Below, one piece after another: positions 1-13,264 of a stretch of 64,000 nt of DNA. Within the stretch, counting starts at the first letter, position 1. Each line of letters starts with the position of its first letter. The stretch lies in the NCBI GenBank assembly GCA_000388065.2, contig KB932206.1. The stretch is one strand, 5' to 3'. The notes beneath the pieces were generated by a model that was not told the origin of the DNA, ran no database searches, and saw nothing but the letters and a program-made list of their open reading frames with translations. The stretch comes from Fonticula alba ATCC 38817. Lineage: Eukaryota; Protista; Nucleariida. Made by a program: the position numbers and the translations under genes.

Positions 1-22
1 GGGAGGGGGGGAGGGGGGAGAG

Positions 23-2736
23 CAAAAGGAAGGGGGAAAAAAGGCCGAGGAGCAAGTGTGGCAGCATACCAGCACTGTTGGATCCCACCAGTCGGCCAAG
101 CCCCTGGGTGACGGCAGTCACGACGTCGGAGGTGACACCGGCAGCCGAGAGGATGGCTCCGATCTCCAGACTGGAGAGAGTCCGAGAGGGAGCCAACTGG
201 CGCAGGGCATTGGTCGCATACAGAAGCAAGGACAGGGGGTTGGCATCGGCCAGGGCATCGGCCGGGGTGCCAGCCGCCCCGAAGCCCGGCTTGCCGGTCT
301 TGGCCGCGGAGGGCGACGATGCCGACAGGGCGGCCAGGCGGTCAACGGTGTCGCCCGGACCCGGGGTGGCACCCGGACCGATGGGGGACGGGGCGGCTGG
401 CGAGGCCGATCCACCGGCCCCCAGCCCGGCGACATTCTTGGGCGAGCCAGACGGCAGGATGGAAGAGGGGCCGGGGCCGGCCGGCGAGCCGGCGGTCACC
501 GCCGGCGAACCACGATCGGCCATTCCCCCGGCGAAGCCGGCCGAGGGGGGCCCATGATCGCCGGCATTGGTCGCCGAAGCGGCTACCGTGGCCGCCAGGT
601 GGATCTGCTCCAGGGAGACGGAAGAGGCCGCGGCCGCGGCCGCGGCGGCGGCGGCTGCGGCCGCTGCCACCGGGCTACTGATGCTCGCGGAGTCCAGCAA
701 TGGGGCCATCAGGTCACGGACGGCTGGCTAGACACGGGGCGGAGGGAAGACCAAGGGGAGGATGGAGTGGAGGAGGGTGGAGAGTGACGGATTCTGGGAA
801 CTGATCGAATCCGCGAGTGGATGGTGGGGGGGGNNNNNNNNNNGGGCGAGGGCATGCCGATGAAGAGACCCACAGACGGGGGGCGGGGGGGGGGTGGGGG
901 GGGGGGAGGAGGCCGGGGGGAAGACAAAGACGGGAGCACGCACATTGATGGTACATACCACTATCCAACGCGGGATCCATGTGATCGGAGGCATGGGGCA
1001 CCGGGTGAGGGTGATGGTGGCCGACCCCCGGGACAAAGCCCAGGGCCGCGGCATGGTGCGAGTGCTGCTGCACATGCGGATGCTGCGAGTGCGGCCGAGC
1101 GCCGACGCCCATATGGTGACCGCCAGCATTGAGCAGGCCGCCGGCCCCGGTCGCCGCGCCCGTCCCCGAGGAGTAGGCCGATGCGATGGCCGAAATGACG
1201 CTCGCCGGGAAGGGAGACTCCACGCCCTGGGACCCGGTGGCCCCGGCGCCGGACTGCGCGAAGTACCCCGTACCCCCCAGGCGCCCGACATTGGGTCCGG
1301 ACGAGTCGAGCCCCATCATCGGGGCATCGCCGGCGGCGCCGAGGTCCCCGGTGCCGAAGCCGCCAGGGGCATTGAAGAAGGGCATCCCGGCATTGGCGCC
1401 GAAGGACCCGGCACCGGTGGCGCCCATGGCCCCGCCGCCCATGAGGCCGCTCAGCTGGGCCGTCTGCGCGGGATCCATGCCATGGAGCTTGAGCTGGGCG
1501 GCAGCCGCCGCCGCAGCCGCCGCCGCCGCCGCATTGCTCCCGGACCCGGCAAAGTGCAGGCCGCCGGGGCGCTGGGCCCCCGCCCCGCCGGATAGCAGGT
1601 ACCCCCCCTGGATGAGGGGAAGGATGAGGGAGTTGTTGCCTTGGTGGCCGACGGTGCCGGCCGTGCCGGCACCCGCCGGGAAGCCAAGATTGGCGGCCTG
1701 GTGCCCGGCAGTGCCGTGGAAGGCCCCGGCCGCACCGAAGCCCGGAGTGCCAACCTGGTGCTGGAGCTGGCCCACCAGAGCCGGGAGGATGGTCGAGGCT
1801 TGGGGGTTGACATCTGCGCGAGGACACGGCCGAGCGGTGGGAGAAAGGCCGCAAAGGGTGGACAGACAGCGGGTGGGTGAGAATGCGCGATCGGAGGATC
1901 GACAAGCTGGGGGGGGGGAGAAGAACAAAAGGAAGGGGGAAAAAAGGCCGAGGAGCAAGTGTGTCAGCATACCAGCACTGTTGGATCCCACCAGTCGGCC
2001 AAGCCCCTGGGTGACGGCAGTCACGACGTCGGAGGTGACACCGGCAGCCGAGAGGATGGCTCCGATCTCCAGACTGGAGAGAGTCCGAGAGGGAGCCAAC
2101 TGGCGCAGGGCATTGGTCGCATACAGAAGCAAGGACAGGGGGTTGGCATCGGCCAGGGCATCGGCCGGGGTGCCAGCCGCCCCGAAGCCCGGCTTGCCGG
2201 TCTTGGCCGCGGAGGGCGACGATGCCGACAGGGCGGCCAGGCGGTCAACGGTGTCGCCCGGACCCGGGGTGGCACCCGGACCGATGGGGGACGGGGCGGC
2301 TGGCGAGGCCGATCCACCGGCCCCCAGCCCGGCGACATTCTTGGGCGAGCCAGACGGCAGGATGGAAGAGGGGCCGGGGCCGGCCGGCGAGCCGGCGGTC
2401 ACCGCCGGCGAACCACGATCGGCCATTCCCCCGGCGAAGCCGGCCGAGGGGGGCCCATGATCGCCGGCATTGGTCGCCGAAGCGGCTACCGTGGCCGCCA
2501 GGTGGATCTGCTCCAGGGAGACGGAAGAGGCCGCGGCCGCGGCCGCGGCGGCGGCGGCTGCGGCCGCTGCCACCGGGCTACTGATGCTCGCGGAGTCCAG
2601 CAATGGGGCCATCAGGTCACGGACGGCTGGCTAGACACGGGGCGGAGGGAAGACCAAGGGGAGGATGGAGTGGAGGAGGGTGGAGAGTGACGGATTCTGG
2701 GAACTGATCGAATCCGCGAGTGGATGGTGGGGGGGG
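23..2736. repeat. ~810-bp near-identical direct duplication (23-833 vs 1926-2736) across a 10-N gap
   Basis: Constant offset of 1903. One mismatch noticed (61 vs 1964). Copy 1 ends in a G-run at gap 834-843. Confidence 0.9.
959..2612 (-). CDS. Hypothetical low-complexity Ala/Gly/His/Pro-rich protein (3' end lost at gap)
   Basis: ATG at 2612 (MAPLLDSASIS). Exon 2612-1973, frame-preserving 159-nt intron 1972-1814 (GTATGC...GCAG), exon 1813-959, then donor GTATGT at 958. Poly-Ala and His tracts; no recognised domain. Confidence 0.6.
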
Positions 2737-5700
2737 GGGGGGGGGGGGGAAGGCAGCTAAATCCTTCTGGTATGATACAAAGACAAGGTGAAATGGATCA
2801 CCTTACCAAGAGGGGGGAAGAGGGCTCAGCGATATGCGCTCTGTGTGCACTCAGTTGGGAGGGGAAGGGGGGAGAGAGAGAGAGAGAGGGGGGGGGGAAG
2901 GGAGGGAGGAATGATTGTCTGCAGGCAGGGAGGAGGTTAGTCAAGCACAGGGGAGAAGGGCACGGGAGAGGCAGTGTCATGCGAAGAGGGCACGAGAGAG
3001 AGAGAGAGAGAGAGAGAGCGGAAGGGCGGGGCGGGGAGGAGGAAAGAGCCGAGGCGAGAGGCAGAAAGGTGCAACGAAGCGCGGAGGAGGCCAGGGGGGG
3101 GGGGGCAGCAAGTTGGCGCTGTGGCAGCGAATGGGCCGGAGAGGGATGCTCGTACGGGATATGTGGGAGGAAGACAGAAGGAGGGGTGAAGCGAGCGTGC
3201 GAGCGTTGTCACGCAACTCTGTGAGTGTTTACACCGAGGGAACCTTGGAGCAAACACAGAGCACTGAAAACGATCGCCCGCCCGCCCACCCCGCTCGCTT
3301 GGAAGTCTGGTTTAAGAAATAGTAGGAAGAAGGGGGGCTCGGCTTGCGGGGGCGCACGCCGGCAGGATGGCTACAGCCCGGGACCTGGGGGTAGGGGCGG
3401 TGGTCGCGGCGAGGCTTTGTGAAAAGCGCGGGCCCGTCAGAGGGAAGCAGGCGGGGGCAGGAGGATGAAGACGTTTTCGGTTGGATCACCAGGGGGAGGG
3501 GAAGGGCAAGGAAAGGACGGGAGGCCTATGTAGTTGGAGCGGCGCGCGGGAGACCGACCAGGGGAGGAGCCGTGCAAGCAATCTACTTCACCGACAAGCG
3601 GAGGCGAAGGGGAGGGTGTTGGTGGAGGGGGGGGGAGGGGGGGGGAGGGCAGGACGATGGCCCTGGGACGGGAGGAATCGACTCCAGTCGGGGGAGGGGA
3701 GGGACAGCAAGAAGAGGGGGGAGGGAGGGGCAGGGAGGATGAAGGTACATGCGGCGGGCTCGGGCAGGAGCAGGCTTTGGCGATGGTCCCTCTCAGGGCT
3801 TGAATACAGCGCGCCGGGTGTCGGGTCCGGCTACGACGCGGAGGCAGGCCCGGCGGGCCGGAACATCGCCCGGCAGGCAGGGGAGGGGGAGGGGGGGGGG
3901 GGGGTCAAGCCTGGGAAGTGAGCGGCGCCCCGGGTCCTCAGGTGTGGAGGGCTGGGGGCACTCGATTCACGCCCACACACACACACACACACACACGCAT
4001 GCTGGCCGGGCTGCGCCCCCCCGCCCCACCCCGGCACGCGCACCTCGCCATTCCATCCGTCTGTCCGCACCCTCGGGCCGGCCGATGCCGGGGGCAGGTC
4101 GACTTGGTCTCATGGGGCGTGGGTTATTGTATTTTATTTTTTTTTCCCCAGACCGAGCCCCTGCGGGGAAGAGCGCGCGGGAGTCGGCAAACGGCCGGGG
4201 AGGGGGGGGGGGGGGGCCGACCGGGGGGCTCTTGGTCTAGGGCGCGCGGGTCAATTTCGCTTAATCCCCCGCCGGGGGTGCGTGCGGCCGCCCGGGCCCC
4301 CACCTGCGAGGGAGTGTGTACGCCGGCCGAGATCTCCGCCGCGCCTGTGCCGGCCCTCATGGGCTCCTGCCGAGGGAGGCGACCTGAGGCACGACTTTGG
4401 CCGAGCCCTCCGCGACGGAGCCCCAATGCCCTGGATGCATGCGTGGGCTGGCGCGTATGCGGCGGCCGGTGTCGGGGCGGGAGGCGGACTTGCGCACGCC
4501 CCAAGAGCGGGGCAGGGGGCCGGACACGGTGGGCATGTTCGGCGCGAGGTGCACGCGCTTCTGGGCAGCGCGCGAGCCAGCTCCGCATTGGCCCGATTCC
4601 TCGACCCCCGGCCCCCCTCGGAGGGGAGGGGGGGCGGAGGGGCGGGGACAAGACGGCGCGCGCCCGGCGCGCAGCCCCTCCAACGCGACCGGCTCGCCGC
4701 GGCGGTTACGCCGCCCCCGGGCGCCAGCCGATCGGGGAGGCGTTGAGAGATCTCCGCGCGCGCGCGCGCGCGCGCGCGCGCTTGTCCTCCAGTGTGGGAC
4801 ACGGCCCCGGCGAAGGCCAGACCGAGGCGGCCCCTCTCGGCCTCACCCCCCATGCACATCCCCCCCAAGCCCACGGCCCCGGGGCGCGGAGAGGGCACCA
4901 GGGGGGGCGGGTGGGGGGGGGCGGCGATCGGAACAATCGGACGGGACACGGCCCTGCGGGGCGCCGGGCCACTCACCCGCCCGGCGTCAAAGGGCGGGAG
5001 GATCGCCCGCGCTTTCCCGCCCACCCCCGGCGCGCCAAAGGCGCCCCGGGCCGGGGGCAGTCGCCGAAGAAAACGAGATTCGTCGTACTATCTCCGCTGG
5101 GAGAGCGCTCTGGCCCCCGGGGGTGGCGGCCGCGGCGGCCGCGGCGGCCAGTGGCCTAGGTCCCCGGGCGGCGGAGCACTTGGCTCCCTCCCCCCGGGCC
5201 GTGGCATCACGTCCGGCCGGCCGACGCTCGTCCAGGCGCGGTCCAGCGCTGGCGGGGGGAGGTGAGGGGCCGGAGACTGGCGGGGGNNNNNNNNNNNNNN
5301 NNNNNNNNNNNNNNNNNNNNNNNNNNNNNNNNNNNNNNNNNNNNNNNNNNNNNNNNNNNNNNNNNNNNNNNNNNNNNNNNNNNNNNNNNNNNNNNNNNNN
5401 NNNNNNNNNNNNNNNNNNNNNNNNNNNNNNNNNNNNNNNNNNNNNNNNNNNNNNNNNNNNNNNNNNNNNNNNNNNNNNNNNNNNNNNNNNNNNNNNNNNN
5501 NNNNNNNNNNNNNNNNNNNNNNNNNNNNNNNNNNNNNNNNNNNNNNNNNNNNNNNNNNNNNNNNNNNNNNNNNNNNNNNNNNNNNNNNNNNNNNNNNNNN
5601 NNNNNNNNNNNNNNNNNNNNNNNNNNNNNNNNNNNNNNNNNNNNNNNNNNNNNNNNNNNNNNNNNNNNNNNNNNNNNNNNNNNNNNNNNNNNNNNNNNNN

Positions 5701-7159
5701 NNNNNNNNNNNNNNNNNNNNNNNNNNNNNNNNNNNNNNNNNNNNNNNNNNNNNNNNNNNNNNNNNNNNNNNNNNNNNNNNNNNNNNNNNNNNNNNNNNNN
5801 NNNNNNNNNNNNNNNNNNNNNNNNNNNNNNNNNNNNNNNNNNNNNNNNNNNNNNNNNNNNNNNNNNNNNNNNNNNNNNNNNNNNNNNNNNNNNNNNNNNN
5901 NNNNNNNNNNNNNNNNNNNNNNNNNNNNNGGGGGGGGGGGGGGGGCAACGCGCGAGAGGAAAGCGAAACACACCGGCAGCCGGCCCCACCCCCGGGCATA
6001 TGGGTGCTCCCCCGGGGGCACCACACATCCGGACGGGGGAGCCGCCGGGCCAGGGGAGGCCCACTTTTCGCGGGCCTTTGAGAAGGGATACCAGGTTAGT
6101 GGCGCACGAAGGCCGGCGGGGGGGGGGGCGGGGCTTCGGCGGCAGCGCAGCCTGGCGACTCCGCCCGCGCCTCCTCCCCTCAACCGACCCAGCGCAATCG
6201 GCACCGGCCCGGACCCGCCTGCCTGTTGGGGGGGGGGGGGGCCTCTGGGGAAAGTGCGCCCAGGGAGGGGGAGGGGGGTGGCGGCCTGGCCGCCGGCTCC
6301 ACACAAAACGGGCAACCGGCAGCGAAGGCCGCGGTAAAAAGGCGAGGACCCCGAGCGTCGCCATTTGTGGTCAAAAGTGATCGTCGGCGTGGCGCGCGCC
6401 GGCGTGCATCCCAGTTAGGCGACACCATTTGTGGCGGAAATTGTGGCATCCACACACACACACACACACCGGGCCTCCCGCGTTCACACGGGCTTTCTCC
6501 CGGGGGGCGGGGGGAAGGCGGGGGGCGGGCCGAGGGCACCTGCGCACGGCCGCGCGCGCGCGCGCAACACAGGCGCATCTGCACGCCGGCGGCGACGCGC
6601 GCACAACACGCAGACACACAGACGAGCGCCGGAAATGTAGATGCGCGCGCGCGAGCACCAATCCCCCATTTTCCTCCATCGGGTGCGCGGGATTACGCCC
6701 AGGCCTCGTCCCCGGTCCAGGGCCGAGCCCCTCGCTCACAGGCCAGGGCCTTTCCGCCCCTCTCCCGCCCCCGCCCCCGGGGGGGGGGGGGGGGATGGGG
6801 GCAGGGAGCTCAGAAGGCGGGGGGCGCCCCGGGGGAGCGCGGTGAGATGTACAATACCGTCAGCCCCCTATTATTCCGCGAGCCGACCGCCGCCCCCGGC
6901 TGCGGGGCGGCCCCCCCCCCCGCCCTCCTCCGAGCCAAGGCCGGAGCGAATCCCCGCGGCCGGCCGAGCATGGAGAAAAATAACGAAATGCGCCCGGCAG
7001 CCTGGGCGCGCCAGGCCGACTGACAAGGGCCGAGATCGCGGCTTCCCCGGCTCACACTGGAGGGGGGGAGTCAGGTGGCGGCCTCCCTCGCCCCCGCCCC
7101 CTGGTCATCCCTTTGTACTCGGATGAGCGCCGTTCGAGATTCCTTGACACAGTCTCCTC

Positions 7160-7358
<199 letters not shown>

Positions 7359-9686
7359 GGCGCCCGGAGCAAGCACACCAAACAAACATTGCACACTGCT
7401 GGACCACGCGCGGCGACTTCGACACGCACGCTCGCGCGCGCTCCGGCCGGCCAGCCGGAGCGCGGGGCCAGGGATCTCCGGGGAAAACACCCCGACTAAG
7501 AGCCTCCCACCCCACATGCCTCTCGTCGCCCCTCATGGCCGCGCGCCCACCGAAACTGGGCGGAACGTGGGAGAAAATCAAATAAAAACTCCTCCCGGCC
7601 GGCGCATTCGTATTTCGACATACACACTGACGGACATAAAACGCGCGCAGAGCACAGCCCCACACCTGCATGCCCCCCCGTCCCGCCCGGCCGCCCCCAT
7701 CCCGCCGGGCCAGGCGCACACCGGCCTCGGAATAATGCACACACGCCGAGGCGCCCCGGGCGAGCACAGCGGGGGCCCCCGGCCCCGGAGGTCCGGCCCC
7801 GGGCTGGCTCACCCGGGGCATGCCTGCGCCCGCCCATACCCAGATACCCGGCACGCGCGCACGCACGCACGCACGCACGCACGCACCCACATACATGCAC
7901 ACGCTTCCGCACCCGCACATGTGTTTGCGCGCACGCACGCCTCTTCACCGAGCGAACACACACACACACACACACGCACCAGCAGCAGCCCACTGATGGG
8001 GCATCCCCGAACGCGCGACTCGGTGTTGTGGAGCACCGTTGGAAGCTGGCCCGGCGGGCAGTTGGCTGGCGGCCGGGTGCTCGCATGGAGGAGCGCTCCT
8101 TTTTCACTTTGTCAAGTACGTGTGTGTGGTGTGCGTGCGGGCGCGTGCGGGTAAGCCGCGGCACATGCCGGTGCGTGCGCGTCTGTGCACACGCCCGAGG
8201 CAATCCCCGCGCGCATGCCAGCTACCCAGGTCCGGGCAGGGTCGCTTTTTCGGACGAGCGCGGAGCCCGCCCACCCCCCGCCTTGGAAAAATCCAGGAGG
8301 CCGAGGTCCAGGGGCCAGGAAGGCGAGCCCGGGGAGGGGGGCAGGAAGAACCGACACCCAGGCCTTGGGACGGAGTAACCCCCCCCCCCCCCCCCCCCCC
8401 AGCCCCGCTCCTCCGGCCCGGGGTCTTCTCCAGTCCCTGCAGCTGGAGGGGCCAGCCTGTGTGCCGGCAGAGCGCACGCCCGCCGGTGCAATCTCCTCTC
8501 CGGCACATGCCCCGCGAGCGAGAGACGGCTGCGGATGCCAAAACGCCCCCCGCCCCCGGCCCCTCCCCTGGCCCAAAGGGGATGCCACAGGGGCGGGTGT
8601 CAAGCCGGCCCGGCGCCCGGGCCCGGGGCCATGGCCGGGCGCCACGAAGGCCTGCCTGTTCGCGCGACACCCATCACGCACCCTTGTCATCTTGCCAAGG
8701 CGAAAGGGGGAGCCGGGGCTCAGGGACCCCCCCCCCCAGGAGGCCGGCCGGCACGCTGGCCGGATTCCAGCCGAAACCGGCTCCCACCGCGAATGGGTCC
8801 AGCACCCTACGACGGCCCCTCTGTCCCCCCCCCCACCTGGCGACTGACACACGCGCGCGCGCGCGCGCGTACGTGTACGCGCATACGCCAACCGGGGCGG
8901 CGCCCACCCACGACACAGGGGTGCTGATTGTCCAGGATGGGTCTGACGGCCCCGCCGGGGCCCTGCTGAAGCATCAGCCGCGTCAGATAATGGGTGATTA
9001 ATAGTCGCGAGCCTATTTGCCCCGCCGGGGAAGGGCCGAGGCGTAAGCCGGGCGGGACCCCCGGACGCACACCGGACACTGGCACACACGTACACACACT
9101 GGCAAGCCCAGCGTCTCCCCCACCCCCCCCCCCCCCCTGCCCCTCCTCCGACATTCAGACACACCCGCACACCCGCACCATGGCGCGCGCGCGCGCGCGC
9201 GGTCGGGCCGGGGTCTGGCCCGTTTGGCCCCGATACTTGAACAACAGATCAAAACAGAGCCTTGGCCATGTCCCCCCGCACAGACGACATCCGCCCCCTC
9301 CCCCCGGCGCCCAACCGCGGCATTCCACGGCCTCGGGGCGTCGCCAAAATCCCAAGTGGACGATCACGCGACACAAAAGCCAAAGCGTGAGGAGAGCCCA
9401 CAAAGCCAGCGTCGCACAAATGCATGAAGAGAGGAAAAATGCCGCCGAGCGTGCATTCCCACCTTTTTACCCCCATCGCATCCGTCGCGACATGCCTGTG
9501 CGCCCGGCGCGCCGGACGTGCGCCGAGCGTGGGCAGATATGACAAGCGAGCAATGATCGCGCTTGCGGGGGGCGGGGCTGCCCGTCGTCGTGCAGTGTGA
9601 TGTGTATTCTGGCGTGCCCGGCGGGGAGGGAAGGGGGAAAAAAAAAAAGAAAAAAAAGAGAAGAACAGCGGACCCGGCAGCCGTTG

Positions 9687-11860
9687 CTACTGTAGCAGGG
9701 CAGCGTGCACCGCGGCCGAGGCAGCCCCCGGTCGGCGAGCACCGGCGCCGCCTCCCCGGCGCGCCAGATGGCCATGCCCTCCGGCGCCGGTGGCTAGCGG
9801 CTTGCCCCGCGATGAGGTCCAATCCGGGATGAGCGCCTGCGACGCGGACAGGGCCTGGCGGAAGACCCGCCGGCACTCATTCACCTCGGCATCATCGGCC
9901 GGGTCGAGGGCCAGGGCGGCGGCCCACTCGCGCCGGGCCTCGGCCAGCGGCCCGGCCGCCCGGACCCACGTCGCCTGGCTGAGGCAGAAGAACCCACGCA
10001 CAAGGTCCCGCGGCTCGGCCGCGGCCACCGCCACCGCCATGACCGCCGCCGCGGCCGCCGACGTGGCAGCCCCCGGCCACGACGACACATGTGAATAGGC
10101 CAGCGACGCCCCACGCCAGGCCACCGTTGCCGGCGGTGCCAGCGTGTCGACCACCGCCACATGCCGAGAAAGGGCTGTCCCCCGCCCCCGGCAGGCCGCA
10201 CGCCCGCCACACACAGCGGTTTGCCAGGCGCACACAGCGGGGGGCCACAGCATACCGCGAGACGAGGAGCGGAGAAGGGAACGGGGAAAAAAAAAGGGAA
10301 ACGAGGCGACGGCGGGGAACACAAGGAGAGAGAGAGAGAGGGACAGACGGAGATGGGGACAGGGTCAGATGCGAAAAAAAGAGGCGGAGGGGAGGAGGCA
10401 GGAGGGGGGGGGGGGGGCAGATGCGCGCGCGTACCGTCGGCCCCGGCGCGCCGGAGCTCGACGCTCACAGCCGAGGCCACCACTTGCGCCGGCAGACAGG
10501 CAAGCATGCCGCCAGTCAGCACAATGCGCGAGGCCAAGGGAGCCCGGTAGTCGATGGGCGCCCGGAGGAGGAGTCCGGCCACATCGCCGGCCAGGCCCCC
10601 CAACGGGAGAGCCCCCTCGGAGGCTGGGGCCCCGCCCGCGCCCGGGCCCAAGAGCGTCAGCAACACGGCTTCCGGCAGGACCCGAGCCGGTGCACGGACA
10701 AGCAGCCCCCCGGGCGCCGCGGATGCGGCCGCCAGCGCCTCCACCGCAGGCCCCTCGCCATCGAGCTTGAAGTCCCCTGGGTGCAGGAGAAAGGCCAGCC
10801 CCCGGGGCTCGGCCGCTGGTGGGGGCGTTGCTGCGCCGGCCCCGGCCCCGGCCCCGGTCCCAGCACCGCGCAGCGAAAAGACCATCCCATCCAGGAAGGA
10901 GTCAGCCAGTCGAATGGCCTGCCACGAATCGGCCGGCAGTTCCTGGCCGGTGGCCGCGGACACAAGCTGGCCCCGCCGGGCGAGGGTAAATTCCAGGGCC
11001 GTGCGCAGCCCCGGGCCGCCGGCCATCGGCGAATGGACATTCAGCTCGGGCTCGGCTGCCGGCAGGAAGCCATCCATCAGCAACGAGCAAGTGGCCGCCC
11101 GGTGGCCGGCATCCACCACCAGGGCCGTGGTCCGGTTAGCGGCAATGGCCGCGGCCAGGGGAGCCGGGACAAACACCAAAAAGGAAGCCTACCGTGGGTG
11201 GGGGATGTGAGTTGGACGGGGAGCGAGGGCGGGAGGGGGGGGGGGGACCGGAGAGGGAGTTCACCCGGTCGGTCACGCGTACTTTCATGTCCAGAAGCAG
11301 GACATCCGCCGCAAGGCGCTTGAACCCGAGCGTGGTCCAGGGCGAGTCCAGCAGGGCGAAGAGGTACTCCCGTGGTTCGAGGGCCATGCGCCGGAGGAGC
11401 GTCTCCACCAGGCCCCGGAGGGCGGCCCGTGCACGCCGGTACGGGCCGGGGTCCGCGGCGCCAGCTTGCGCGGCGCCAGCCAGCAGATCCTCGAAGGACA
11501 GGCGCGCCGGCGGCGTCTGGTCGCCGGCCGTCGAGGCCGGCCGTCCATAGCGCGGCCGGGCGGGAAGAATGCGCGCCAGCTCGCGCGGTTGATTGAGTGC
11601 TTCCTCGGTCGGCAAGATCAGGCGCGGCGCGAACTCCCCGGCCAGGCCGGCCTTCACCAGGCCGGCCCCAATGTCGAGGATGATCTGCCAGCCGCCACCG
11701 CCGAGCAAGGCCGCGAAGGGGAAGGGGGCAGGTCAGCAAGTGGCGCGCAAAGAGGTGACATCCCACGAAGCCCCGGCCCAAGTGTCTTGGTGTTGCGCAC
11801 GAAGTGGCGCTCCTGCTTGGCCTCCCGCCGGGCGGTGTGATGACCCACATCGGCGGACAT
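9687..11860 (-). CDS. ACTR10: Actin-related protein, Arp10/Arp11 (dynactin pointed-end) type
   Basis: Spliced exons 11860-11849, 11684-11283, 11188-10435, 10174-9687. Motifs: IILDIGAGLVKAGLAGEFAPRLILP (actin phosphate-1 loop), ALVVDAGHR, APIDYRAPLASRIVLTGG, PATVAWRGAS, and C-terminal IPDW as in ACTR10. Confidence 0.7.
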
Positions 11861-12745
11861 GCTTGGAGACTGGGAGCTGCGTAGGTGGAGATGTAGCCAA
11901 GGGCCGGAGGGGGGTGGCCCGAGCAGGGGTGTATGTTTCGAGGACGCCGGGGAGGGGGAGGGGGGGGGGGAGGGGGAGAGGGAGAGGGGGAGGAGGTAGA
12001 GCGATGATCCCGCCCCCTCGGACGGGGCCGAGGCGACCATCTCACATGGTGCCTAAAGAGCACCGGCATCGTTCGGCTCTCGGGGTGCTCGTCCTGCGGC
12101 CTGTTCGGTCCTTCGGCCCTTCGGTCGAAGGCCGTCCAGGGGCGCGGTCCGAATCCACCGGACGAGGATCGTGCCAGGCGCGCCTCCTCCCCAGTCCCCA
12201 GGCTGCTTGGTTCCTGTGTCAAGGGGGGGGGGGGGGGTATCCATAGACCAACGGGCGTCGAGACATAACTGCAGGCGGCCGCGGGGCACTGCGGGCTTGT
12301 GTTGCCATTATGTGTGGTCATGTGAGTGCTGTTCATCATCACATGCGAATCGCGCCATCCCCGCCTCGCGCCATCGCCCCTCGCCGCGCAGCCTCGCCGC
12401 GACGCGCCCCCCAGCGAGAGAGAGAGAGAGGCCCGGGGAGGAGGGGGTGCCTGACAGATTGCGCCCGCCTGCCTCCTTGACCTCTGGTCAGGGCCGGGCA
12501 CAGATCGACACGCGCCCACATGCGGACGCGTGAAGGGAGGGACCACCTCGGCACGGGGGAGGAGATTTGGGAGTTTATGATCTATATTGCGCAGCCAGGG
12601 AAGAGGGGAGGGGGGAGGGCGCACGCCACTACGCAGCATATGGAGCGACATGGGGCGTGCGTCATGTGAAGGTCTGAAAAAAGAAAGAGGAGGCCAAGGG
12701 TACTGGGGGGGGGGAGGGGAGAGAGTAGCAGGAGGGACCATGTTC

Positions 12746-13264
12746 TTACTTGGAGAACTTGGAGAAGCGCTCGGCCAGAGAGGCGGGGCTCTCGGTGGTG
12801 CGCTTGACGAAGGCCACGTAATCCGGGTCAAACTTGCGCAGAGGGTGGTACACCCACTCGCGGCTGCCGTTGACGGTCCGGGAGACGCGCTTCTCAACCG
12901 AGTGGCCGCGCTCCATGCGCTGGAGAACGTCACGCTTCAGGTAGGTGAGGGACTTGAACTGAGGGATGCAGCGGCCAGCCGAACGGGGGGAGCCAGCGGC
13001 CAAGGGCGGCGGGGAGGAGGGGAGTGTCAGAAAGGGAAGGGCCGAACAGGGGGGGGGCAGCGGGCCCAAGTCCGTGGGCCGGCCAGGGCGGCGGGGAGGA
13101 GCAGGACCCATGTGTGGCAAGGAGGGGGTGTGTCGGGGGGAAGGAAAAAAAAAAGAAACCCCAGTGCGCACGCTGTGCATGGGCAAGACCTCGGCCAGCT
13201 GGCGGACGGTCATCGGGCCCTGCTCATTGAGGACACGAAGGACATGCGAGGCGACGGTCGACAT
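12746..13264 (-). CDS. Small basic 101-aa protein, winged-helix-like, resembling mitoribosomal mL80
   Basis: Exons 13264-13172 and 12958-12746 (GTGCGC...CTCAG) give MSTVASHVLRVLNEQGPMTVRQLAEVLPMHS|FKSLTYLKRDVLQRMERGHSVEKRVSRTVNGSREWVYHPLRK. Family assignment from memory only; an upstream exon is possible. Confidence 0.6.
   Translation of the reverse strand: MSTVASHVLRVLNEQGPMTVRQLAEVLPMHSVRTGVSFFFPSPRHTPSLPHMGPAPPRRPGRPTDLGPLPPPCSALPFLTLPSSPPPLAAGSPRSAGRCIPQFKSLTYLKRDVLQRMERGHSVEKRVSRTVNGSREWVYHPLRKFDPDYVAFVKRTTESPASLAERFSKFSK

Noticed and set aside
4397-6380. Long ORFs spanning N-gaps (also at 17194, 31249, 40467, 57507, 63122)
   Set aside because: Their length comes from X residues; they are not evidence of coding.
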